A stretch of 64,000 nucleotides of DNA from Anaerolineae bacterium (GTDB lineage: Bacteria > Chloroflexota > Anaerolineae > Aggregatilineales > Aggregatilineaceae): NCBI GenBank assembly GCA_016926875.1, contig JAFGNU010000060.1:468-64467 (forward strand), written 5' to 3'. The notes below the pieces were generated by a model. That model was not told where the DNA came from. It saw only the letters and a program-made list of their open reading frames with translations, and made no database searches. The translations under genes and the position numbers were made by a program. How positions within the stretch are numbered: the stretch's first letter is position 1; the number at the start of each line of letters is the position of its first letter. Shown piece by piece: positions 56,183 to 64,000 of the stretch.

Positions 56183-58709
56183 CTGGTTCGAACCGACGAT
56201 AACCCTCTTGCCGCTGGCAGCGTGGATGTTCCTGGGCGTGGGTGTACCCTGGGCGCTGGCGCTGCTGCCGCGCGATCTGTGGCGCGAGCGTATCACTGTG
56301 ATCGCGGTCGGCATGGCGCTGGGACCGCTTGGCTTCACGGCGTGGATGTTTGTGCTCGGCACATGGGGCCGGATCACGCTCGCCGGGACGCTGGCGGGCA
56401 GTGTGATCGTGGCGGGCGTGGGTGCGGCGCTGGCGCTTATCCGGCGGCGCAGGCAGGCACCATCACCCGCACCACCCACTCGCGAGCGGGTGAGCGCCGT
56501 CGAATGGCTGCTGATCATCGGGATCGGGCTGATCCTGCTGGTCAACGTGCTGGCGGCGGCTTACTGGCCCTTCCTGTTCTACGATACGCAGTGGGTGTAC
56601 GGCTACAATGGGCGTATCTTCACGCTGCAAGAAGCCATCCCCGACGAGATGGGCTATTACCCGCAGTTGGTCCCGCTCGCCTATACGGCCATGCAGCAGG
56701 CGTGGGGCGGTATCAATGACCATGCGGCGCGGGTGATCGTGCCCTGGTTCAACGTGGGTATGGCGCTGATGGCTTACGTCCTGGGCCGCCGGGTCTTCGG
56801 ATCGCGGCGCGTCGGGCTGCTGACGGCGGGGGTGTGGCTGCTGTACCCGCATGTTGCGGCGTGGTACGGGACCGGTGACCTGGAAATCCCCCTGACGCTG
56901 TACATGACGGGCGCGGCGGTCTTTTTTATCGACGCATGGCGCACGGATGATGCGCAGCGCGCGGTATTGAGCGGCGTGCTGCTGGCGGGCGCGCTGTGGA
57001 CCAAGCCGACCGGCGGCGCGCTGGCGCTGGGCGTGATCCTGGCGGTGGCCGGGTGGGGCGTGATCACGCGCTTAGAGTGGTCGCGCTTCTGGCCAAAGCT
57101 GCGCACCGCCCTGATCACCGGGCTGGCGTGCGCGCCGCTGGGCGGGATGTGGTACGTCCGCAACCTGGCGCTAGGCCACGAAGCGGTGACCTTCCCGGCG
57201 GACTACTGGCACGACTTCGCGCAGCGCTCCGGGCAGGAGTTCGGCTGGCCGCTGCTGATCGCGGCGCTGGCGGCGGGGGGCTTGGTGTGGCGCTGGCGGC
57301 GCGCGGATGCCCCGTTCCGGCGGGCGCTGCTGCCCCTGATCGCGCTGGTTATCCTGTTGATCGCCACCCTGCCCAGCGCGGTCCAGTTCGACGTGATTTT
57401 GAAGGACGATAACCTGTGGCGCTGGCTGCGCGGCGACCTGACATTCGCGCGGCGGCTGGAACCACCCGAATACGCCCTGATCGCGCTCGGTTTTTCGCTG
57501 CTGGTCTGGGCCGGGCGCGGCATCTGGCAGGGCTGGCATAAAACGCAGCGCGAGACGGTCGGGCTGATCTGGGCGCTGGCGCTGCCGTATGGCGTGGTGT
57601 GGTTTTGGAACTTTTCGTACCACTACCGGCTGAGCTTTGCCATCGTGCCGCTGATGGCCGTGCAGGTCGCCGCGCTGATCGATGCATGGGTCTGGCCCTG
57701 GCTGGCTGCGTCACGGGCGAGACGCTGGATCGGGACGGGACTGGTCGCCGCGCTGATGGTGCCGCCGCTGGCTGCCGGGTTAGAGCATACAGTGCCCCAC
57801 TGGCGGAACGGCGATCTGCCGGACGACACGGCCAAGTATGACACCGGCAACCCCTCGCTGATGACGGTCGTACACATGCTGGAAGATTACGCCGCCGAAC
57901 ACGGGCAGCCGGTGGTCGCCGCGCCGGGCGAGGACCGCCTGCCGTTTTTCTTCCCGGCCTGGGACATTCGCAACAGCCGCGAGCCGGGCGATCTGCCCAC
58001 GCTGCCGGAAGACCTGGCGGGCGTGGACGTGTACATTGGCGGGTCGGTGCCCACCTTTTTGATGCGGAACGCCGGTGTCTATCCCAATCCACTGCTCGCC
58101 CACGAAGCGGTTGCCGCCCGCTACCACGCGCTGGCCGTGCCCGCCGCCGACGGCACGCGCTGGCCGACGGTGCTGCAACCGATCCCGCTCAGCCCGGACG
58201 GGTCGCTGGCGCTGGACGACGGCATCTACCGCTACACGGCCTACACCGTCCACCTGGACGCACGCGAGACGCCGATGCAGCCGGGCGCGCGGCGTGACGA
58301 CGAGGTGATCATCGGCGGGTTTGCGCAGCTTATCGGCCATGACGTGATCAGCCTGGACTGGCAGCGCGGCAGCACGATGTTCCTGACGCTCTATTGGCGG
58401 CCCACCGGCGCGGCTCCCGCGTCACACGATTTTTGCGTGTACATTCACCTGCTGGATACAAACGGCGAGCGCGTCGTTGGCTGGGATGGCGCGCCGCTGC
58501 AAGGGTTGTATCCCACCTCGTACTGGACGCCGGGCGAATCGCTGCTCGATTACTGGGTGCTGGACATCACGAAAGAACTGCCGCCCGGCCCGGTCAGCTT
58601 ACGCATCGGCCTGTACGACCCGGTGACGGGCGAACGGCTGCCGGTGGTGATCGACGGTGCCCCGGCGGGCGATGGATTGACGATTGATACGCGGATCACA
58701 ATCCGCTGA
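56175..58709 (+). CDS. polytopic membrane protein, putative GT-C/ArnT-like glycosyltransferase with large C-terminal domain
   Basis: The start overlaps the upstream stop (ATGGCTGA). At least 12 TM helices, then a soluble C-terminal domain of about 250 aa. Confidence 0.7.
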   Translation: MADWFEPTITLLPLAAWMFLGVGVPWALALLPRDLWRERITVIAVGMALGPLGFTAWMFVLGTWGRITLAGTLAGSVIVAGVGAALALIRRRRQAPSPAPPTRERVSAVEWLLIIGIGLILLVNVLAAAYWPFLFYDTQWVYGYNGRIFTLQEAIPDEMGYYPQLVPLAYTAMQQAWGGINDHAARVIVPWFNVGMALMAYVLGRRVFGSRRVGLLTAGVWLLYPHVAAWYGTGDLEIPLTLYMTGAAVFFIDAWRTDDAQRAVLSGVLLAGALWTKPTGGALALGVILAVAGWGVITRLEWSRFWPKLRTALITGLACAPLGGMWYVRNLALGHEAVTFPADYWHDFAQRSGQEFGWPLLIAALAAGGLVWRWRRADAPFRRALLPLIALVILLIATLPSAVQFDVILKDDNLWRWLRGDLTFARRLEPPEYALIALGFSLLVWAGRGIWQGWHKTQRETVGLIWALALPYGVVWFWNFSYHYRLSFAIVPLMAVQVAALIDAWVWPWLAASRARRWIGTGLVAALMVPPLAAGLEHTVPHWRNGDLPDDTAKYDTGNPSLMTVVHMLEDYAAEHGQPVVAAPGEDRLPFFFPAWDIRNSREPGDLPTLPEDLAGVDVYIGGSVPTFLMRNAGVYPNPLLAHEAVAARYHALAVPAADGTRWPTVLQPIPLSPDGSLALDDGIYRYTAYTVHLDARETPMQPGARRDDEVIIGGFAQLIGHDVISLDWQRGSTMFLTLYWRPTGAAPASHDFCVYIHLLDTNGERVVGWDGAPLQGLYPTSYWTPGESLLDYWVLDITKELPPGPVSLRIGLYDPVTGERLPVVIDGAPAGDGLTIDTRITIR

Positions 58710-58728
58710 CATACGTGTAAGGGCGATC

Positions 58729-58773
58729 CGGTGAGGTGCCTGGGCAGGTGCCGGATCGCCCTTGTGCTTGTAT
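58729..58773. repeat. 13-bp perfect hairpin between convergent genes (AAGGGCGATCCGG family)
   Basis: AAGGGCGATCCGG (58729-58741) pairs with CCGGATCGCCCTT (58761-58773). Shares the 17-mer GTAAGGGCGATCCGGTG with 63941-63957. Confidence 0.65.
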
Positions 58774-58799
58774 GTCGTGCGGAAAGGAGAAGAAATGTC

Positions 58800-60185
58800 T
58801 TACAACACGGAAACTGCCAGCGCCAGGTCGCGCCGCACCTCGTCGCGCAGGAAATGATCCCACATTTCCGGGAATTTGCCCAGTAGCAGGTTCTTTTCAA
58901 CCGACTTGGCATCCAGATAACCGGACACGCCGCTGATGTCCGGGCGCATAAACTGCGGGACGCCGCTGAGCTTTTCCCGGTGCTGGTCGACAAATTCACG
59001 CAGTATCTCGATAGCAACCACCGTGTCATTCAGATCGCCCAGGTGATCTTGCATGGTCTTCGTTTCATCGATCACCTGCTTGATTTCTGGCCCCAACACT
59101 TCCCGGAAGAATTCCAGCGTATAACGCAGGCGCTTGAAGTCGATGCGCAGCGCGTGCAGCGTGGGCAGGTCGGCGTTGTCCATGACGGTTTCGTAGGCGC
59201 GCACCTGCTCAAAGCGCTCGTAGATCAGGCGGGGCGCGATGTGCCGCACCTGGAAGGCGACGGCTTCGGCGGGATCGGGCATCGAGCTTGCGCCTTCGCC
59301 GGGCGTGACCAGGAAGGCGTGGAAGTGACTCACGAACCGGCTGAAGCGCTTGCTGTCCAGTTCGGCAACCAGGCTGCGCCGGGACTTTTTGATCCCATTG
59401 TTCCACTCGTTGAACAAGGGTGTGAGGTTGGTATCCGGGTGGTCTGCCAGGTAGCGCTCGGCTTTTTCCATAAAAACGTCGAGATCGCGCACTCTGCCCA
59501 GCGACTTTGCCACGCGGCGCAGTTCTTTGCGATAGGGCCGGGTCGCTTTGCGGTCAAAAAACGGGCCAAACAGCCGGAAGGCGCTCCGCATCCGGCGGGT
59601 GGCGACGCGCATATCGTGCACCGCTTCGATGTCTTTACCCAGGCGGCTGCCCGGTTCGTTTAACAGCATCCGCTCGAAGTGGAACAACAGCGCCTTGCGC
59701 CCGGCTTCGGCCATCGGGTCGTCGGGGTGCATCCCGATCTCGTCCTGGAGAGTCAGGGGCAGGCGCGGCCCGTCGATGCCGGGCAAGGGAACGATCTCCA
59801 GCGGCGGTTTTGGTTCCGGCAGGGTGGGCTGTTCCAGTTCGGGTGGCGGCTCAGGTTTTTGTTTTTTAGCCGGGGCTTTGCGCTTTTTACCGTCGTCTCT
59901 CGCCTTGACCGGCTCGGCGGCCTCAAGGGTATCAACCGGTGGGGGTTCTGCTGGCGGGACTGCATCTGGCAGATCGGGAAAAATGCCTAAGCGCTCATCA
60001 CGCCAGACGCGCCGCCAGTACCGCACCTGCCCTGTGCTCAGCGATACGGCTTCGGCGATCTCGGCGGTGCCGGTGCCCTCTGCGCTCAGCAGGATGATCT
60101 GCGCGCGCCGCGCTTCCGGGGGATCACCGTGATCACGGATGTCAAGTAGGATGGTGCGTTCTCTGTCGGAGAGGTTATAGGGCAT
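58800..60185 (-). CDS. CHAD-domain protein with N-terminal HTH and K/P-rich linker
   Basis: CHAD signature VHDMRVATRRMRSAFRLF and LRIDFKRLRYTLEFF. N-terminal TAEIAEAVSLSTGQVRYWRRVW is HTH-like. Confidence 0.85.
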   Translation of the reverse strand: MPYNLSDRERTILLDIRDHGDPPEARRAQIILLSAEGTGTAEIAEAVSLSTGQVRYWRRVWRDERLGIFPDLPDAVPPAEPPPVDTLEAAEPVKARDDGKKRKAPAKKQKPEPPPELEQPTLPEPKPPLEIVPLPGIDGPRLPLTLQDEIGMHPDDPMAEAGRKALLFHFERMLLNEPGSRLGKDIEAVHDMRVATRRMRSAFRLFGPFFDRKATRPYRKELRRVAKSLGRVRDLDVFMEKAERYLADHPDTNLTPLFNEWNNGIKKSRRSLVAELDSKRFSRFVSHFHAFLVTPGEGASSMPDPAEAVAFQVRHIAPRLIYERFEQVRAYETVMDNADLPTLHALRIDFKRLRYTLEFFREVLGPEIKQVIDETKTMQDHLGDLNDTVVAIEILREFVDQHREKLSGVPQFMRPDISGVSGYLDAKSVEKNLLLGKFPEMWDHFLRDEVRRDLALAVSVL

Positions 60186-60309
60186 AATAGGTTTGTCCTT
60201 TGCCGGGTGGGCTGCTGCACACGCCTATAGTGTAGCATATTTTAAAATACGCGAGTGTTGAACAAACAGGATAAAATGGACGGCCAGTCACGGAAAGGAG
60301 CATGAGAGC

Positions 60310-61053
60310 ATGGCCGGTTATCCAGGCGATCACACGGCGATGGTGGCCCTGCTGAACGGGCTGCTGGTTGGGGCCGGGCAGATGATGGACACGGTGGGCG
60401 AGTGGGCCGAACGGCTGCTGGTCGATAACCCGGCGCCGCTGGTTGTGCAGTTTGTTGACCAGTTGGATGATGAATGGCTCGACGCGGTGCCACCGGACTC
60501 GCTGTGCGAAACCGTGGCCGCGCAGGTGCGCCGCCGGATGTCGAGCTGGCATCCCGGCTGGCCGCATTTATGGGCGCACGTGCTGCGCGTGACCGGGATT
60601 ACGCTGGCGCTGGCCGAAGACGAAGCCGTTGATCCCGCGTTGGGCTACCTGGTGGGCATCTGCCATGACGTGACCAAGCTGGACGAGTTCCGCACGGGCG
60701 AGCCGCACGAAGAAACCGGCGCCGATTTTGTAGGTGACGTGCTGCGCGAGCGGCTGCCTGCTGCATCGATCCAGGCGATCCAGGCGGCGATTTTGAAGGA
60801 AGGCGACGATACATTGGCCGACATCCTGCACGACGCGGACAAGCTCGACAAGATCGGCGCGGCGGGCGTGGTCCGGCGGGTCTCGGTGGCGACGCGCCCC
60901 GGCTGGCTGATCACGGCGCTGTGGCGGGTGGGCGACGACCTGGCGCGCTTTTCATCCATGCACTTCGACCGCAGCCGCGACCTGGCGGACAGCAAGCGGG
61001 ATTTTCTGGCGTGGTTTTTGCCGCTGGCCGAGGACGCCGCGCACAGCGTGTGA
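60310..61053 (+). CDS. HD-domain phosphohydrolase
   Basis: WAHVLRVTGITLAL ... GICHDVTKLD ... ILHDADKLDKIGAAGVVRR. Confidence 0.8.
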   Translation: MAGYPGDHTAMVALLNGLLVGAGQMMDTVGEWAERLLVDNPAPLVVQFVDQLDDEWLDAVPPDSLCETVAAQVRRRMSSWHPGWPHLWAHVLRVTGITLALAEDEAVDPALGYLVGICHDVTKLDEFRTGEPHEETGADFVGDVLRERLPAASIQAIQAAILKEGDDTLADILHDADKLDKIGAAGVVRRVSVATRPGWLITALWRVGDDLARFSSMHFDRSRDLADSKRDFLAWFLPLAEDAAHSV

Positions 61054-61249
61054 AAGATATGGCGCACATCATCTCCAACGCCGTTGATCGATCAGGCGAA
61101 AAGGCAGCCTGGAAATCGAAGAGGGTGACGAGTTCAAATGCTTTCTTCAGGGGATATTGAACGAGTGCCACACGACAGCCTATCCCGCGATGGTCGAGGA
61201 TTGAGGTGATCGACAAAACTGATCCCCCTCAACGGCCTGACAAGATCGC

Positions 61250-62047
61250 TCACTCCTGATACAACGCACGCACCTCGGCGGGCGAAAGGGCACGGTCATA
61301 CAGGCGCACATCGTCGATTGCGCCCTCAAAAGGGAACATAAACAGGCCCTGCGCTCGGTGGGCGCCGATAGTCGTTAGGGGATGTGCAGGATTCTCGTAG
61401 ACGGGCAGCGATGATACCTCGTTCTCGGCCATCAACTGGCCGTTGAGGTAGAGGAACACACGGTCCGGCTCACGCGTGACAGTGTACAGCATCCACTCGT
61501 GGGTGACGCCAAAATCGTATTGCAAGCCGTTGTAATGATAGTCCGTGCCGATAAAGCTCATCCGCAAGGATGGCGGGCCGTTACAATCAGCGTTTTCGTT
61601 CAGTGAGACGCTCATCCCGCTGTTGATGGGATCGCCGTTGGCATGATTGCGCGAGCGATAGGCCAGCACTTTGCGCGCACAGGATGAACTGGTCAGGCTG
61701 AGTGCGCCATAATCATAGGGCTTGATCCAGGCGCTCACCGTGAATGTGGTATCGATCACGTCCAGGTGATCGGGCAAAGCGATGTAATCATCCATACCAT
61801 CGAACAGGTACGCCTGATCGACTTCGCCCCGGCGATCGGTGGTGAGTACTGCGCCAAAAACCACTCCATGATAGCCATTGCCGCTGGCGTCGTGTGCGCT
61901 GCCATCAAAGGGATAGTATGCTACCAGCCCGTCAGCGAGTGCGATTGACGGGGCATTGTCCTCAAAATGCAGCCCGACCTGGAGCGACAGGGGACAAGCC
62001 AACATCCCCAAAAGGCCCAGCAACAACGCAAGATGATATTTGTGCAT
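61250..62047 (-). CDS. secreted LamG/concanavalin-A-like lectin domain protein
   Basis: SD AAGGAG and a signal peptide. LVAYYPFDGSAHDASGNGYHG ... AYLFDGMDDYIALPD ... GAIDDVRLYDRALSPAEVRALY. Confidence 0.8.
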   Translation of the reverse strand: MHKYHLALLLGLLGMLACPLSLQVGLHFEDNAPSIALADGLVAYYPFDGSAHDASGNGYHGVVFGAVLTTDRRGEVDQAYLFDGMDDYIALPDHLDVIDTTFTVSAWIKPYDYGALSLTSSSCARKVLAYRSRNHANGDPINSGMSVSLNENADCNGPPSLRMSFIGTDYHYNGLQYDFGVTHEWMLYTVTREPDRVFLYLNGQLMAENEVSSLPVYENPAHPLTTIGAHRAQGLFMFPFEGAIDDVRLYDRALSPAEVRALYQE

Positions 62048-62276
62048 GCGTCACACTCCTTTATACCCTGGGATGACCCCATCATACACCCGTTCGGGTT
62101 TGAACAGGAAATCACGCCCGGATGCGCTACGTCATTCCTTGGTCTGGCCAAAGTGAATCCGTGATTCACTGCGTTTCGATTGACTTCGGCGCCCCAGCAG
62201 GCAACAGTGGCGTGACACGGCGTTTTTTTGTATGCTAAGCGCAGCAAGCGATGTGCGGTAAACGCGGGAGGTAAAA

Positions 62277-62492
62277 ATGGCAGGTAATATGCAGGACCTG
62301 AGACGTGAAGCGTTGATGGAAGATGAAATCATCGAAGGCTACGAAGATTACGTGGAGCGGGGCGTCAGCAGCGACAAGATATTCGGCATGACGGCAGCCG
62401 AGCGGATGTTTGTATCGATCGGGTGTTTTCTGGTCACCAGCTTGGCCGGGTTTTTCCTGCTGCTGCTCATGGAGAAAATCGCTTTGCCGTAG
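62277..62492 (+). CDS. small hypothetical membrane protein
   Basis: SD GGGAGG. One TM helix (FVSIGCFLVTSLAGFFLLLLM). Lies 12 nt upstream of the AI-2E transporter gene. Confidence 0.4.
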   Translation: MAGNMQDLRREALMEDEIIEGYEDYVERGVSSDKIFGMTAAERMFVSIGCFLVTSLAGFFLLLLMEKIALP

Positions 62493-62504
62493 GGAGATCG
62501 CGCT

Positions 62505-63854
62505 ATGCAGTACTCGTCAAACGGGCGCCTGTCGCTGATAGACTGGAACTTCCGGGTTATTATTTTTTTGTTTTGGGTGATCACGCTGCTGGCCGTGTGG
62601 CGGCTGCGCGATGCGTTGATGCTGGTCTTTCTGGCGGTGATCGTGTCGATTGTGCTGCAAATGCCGGTCAGCCGCCTGGAACGTATGGGCCTCAGCCGGG
62701 GTCTTAGCATCCTGTTGACGATGGCCGGGTTGTTTGTGCTGCTGTTTCTCCTGGGCACGATGATCGCGTCGGTCTTCCTGGTGCAGATCAATGACCTGGT
62801 CAACAATCTGCCGGATGCGGTCGACCGCGCGCGCGAAGAGTATGACAACCAGGCCGATCACCATAACTGGCTGCCGGATGTGAACTGGGACGAGTTCGCA
62901 GAGAACGACGCCTCCAACTTTGTTGTTGAGCAGGCCGGGAACCTGTCGCGTAATATTTTCCCATTCCTGACCGGCCTGGGCGGTGTGATCGCCAACATCT
63001 TGATTACGCTTATCATCGCGCTGTTTTTTGTCACCGACCCGACAAACTACCTTGAGGGGCTGCTTACGATGGTGCCGCACAGCTACCGGCCCCGCGCGCT
63101 CAGCATCATGTGGGAGCTGGGCGATACGCTGCGGCGCTGGTTTGTCGGGCAGTTGATTTCGATGGTGACGCTCGGCGCGTTGATCACGCTGGTGATGGGC
63201 ACCATCATGGGCCTGCCAAATCCGGTCGCGCTGGGCGTGATCGCCGGAGTGATGGAGTTTGTGCCGAACTTCGGATCGGTGCTGTCGGTGATCCCGGCGG
63301 TGCTGGTCGCGCTGACCAAAGACCCGGAGCTGGTGCCGCTGGTGATTATTGCCTATCTGGTTACCCAACAGTTGCAAAGCAACCTGCTGATGCCGCGCAT
63401 CATGAGCCGCCAGATTTCCATGCCCTCGGCCATGATCCTGATCGCCCAGATCATCGGGGCGGCATTATTTGGGTTCCTGGGGCTGGTGCTGGCGCTGCCG
63501 CTGGCGATTGTGGTCTCGGCGCTGCTGCGCGAAATCTATATGTACGATGTTTTGAACACACGCCCGGCGCGCATCGAAACGCGCGTGCGCTCGGATGGCA
63601 CGCTGTTTGCCGCGGTGACGACCGAAACCTACCGGCCAGAGGAGCTGTCACCGGGCCAGGCGGCGGCGCTTAAAGCACAGGGGTGGGACCCGTTCGAGTA
63701 TGAGAACGGGCAGATCATCGAAGTTGTTACGCCGCCTTCCCCGGCGCTGGAGCAGGCAGCCCGCAGCCAGCAGGCAGTTTGGGCGGCCATCCTGACGCTG
63801 GCAGTCGCGCAGGGGTTGGCGCTGGCCCGGTCGCTGCTGACCAACCGGGATTAA
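62505..63854 (+). CDS. AI-2E family transporter (PerM/UPF0118)
   Basis: Eight TM helices. VMEFVPNFGSVLSVIPAVLVAL is typical of the family. Confidence 0.87.
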   Translation: MQYSSNGRLSLIDWNFRVIIFLFWVITLLAVWRLRDALMLVFLAVIVSIVLQMPVSRLERMGLSRGLSILLTMAGLFVLLFLLGTMIASVFLVQINDLVNNLPDAVDRAREEYDNQADHHNWLPDVNWDEFAENDASNFVVEQAGNLSRNIFPFLTGLGGVIANILITLIIALFFVTDPTNYLEGLLTMVPHSYRPRALSIMWELGDTLRRWFVGQLISMVTLGALITLVMGTIMGLPNPVALGVIAGVMEFVPNFGSVLSVIPAVLVALTKDPELVPLVIIAYLVTQQLQSNLLMPRIMSRQISMPSAMILIAQIIGAALFGFLGLVLALPLAIVVSALLREIYMYDVLNTRPARIETRVRSDGTLFAAVTTETYRPEELSPGQAAALKAQGWDPFEYENGQIIEVVTPPSPALEQAARSQQAVWAAILTLAVAQGLALARSLLTNRD

Positions 63855-63940
63855 GCCGCCGGGCGCGATTTCTCCACAGGGCCGGACGAACCGGCACCTG
63901 TAAAAACATCACTTCAAATTTGATTCATTGGTAGGGCAGA

Positions 63941-63965
63941 GTAAGGGCGATCCGGTGGGTCGCCC
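63941..63965. repeat. hairpin of the AAGGGCGATCCGG family
   Basis: GGGCGATCC (63945-63953), loop GGT, GGGTCGCCC (63957-63965): 9 bp with one G-U pair. Shares a 17-mer with 58727-58743. Confidence 0.55.
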
Positions 63966-64000
63966 TCACGCACACACGCGCCAAGCCAGTATTTCGCCCC

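Noticed and set aside
62152-62170. Palindrome AGTGAATC-CGT-GATTCACT and a nearby T-run (62223-62230) in the LamG / small-gene intergenic region.
   Set aside because: It could be an operator, but there is no associated regulator and no second copy. The T-run lacks a credible preceding stem and has no upstream plus-strand gene to terminate.

Overview
High-GC window (about 63-65% GC by eye) of ordinary chromosomal backbone with several accessory insertions. The gene content and the GTAGGGGC-type REP hairpins suggest a Chloroflexota-like genome, but that is inference only. I found no rRNA, tRNA, CRISPR array, integrase or transposase. Backbone: (1) A dispersed methylmalonyl-CoA/propionyl-CoA set: meaB plus the B12-binding mutase subunit at 0.5-2 kb, the epimerase at 32.4 kb, the mutase large subunit at 42.5 kb, pccB at 47 kb, biotin carboxylase at 49.8 kb and BCCP at 54 kb. 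(2) Two phosphofructokinases with opposite phosphoryl-donor signatures. (3) cysK-cysE. (4) cspA. (5) Five polytopic GT-C/ArnT-like glycosyltransferases. (6) A 1397-aa multi-GAF sensor kinase. (7) Acyl-CoA dehydrogenase, a CAX antiporter, cyclophilin and an AI-2E transporter. The most interesting region is 36.1-40.9 kb. It holds a TIR domain fused to a cysteine-free family-4 uracil-DNA-glycosylase domain. Next to it, on the same strand, sits a roughly 3.6 kb islet of about 40% GC encoding one ~1030-aa protein with an HD phosphohydrolase domain and a GHKL (Hsp90/MORC-like) ATPase domain. I propose these as a candidate, apparently undescribed, immune locus. A second TIR locus at 16.7-19.4 kb has two tandem TIR plus FGE-sulfatase (C-type-lectin fold) genes. 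Their central part is nearly identical at the nucleotide level, and the tail of the second gene looks like a DGR variable region. Other signals: a Cys-rich leader ORF plus intrinsic terminator upstream of cysK; an intrinsic terminator inside the cspA leader; a 103-bp duplication of the pfkA 3' end bracketing a lower-GC single-gene insertion; a probable leaderless promoter; and three families of REP/MITE-like palindromes. All calls come from reading the sequence and ORF translations. No searches or folding programs were run.
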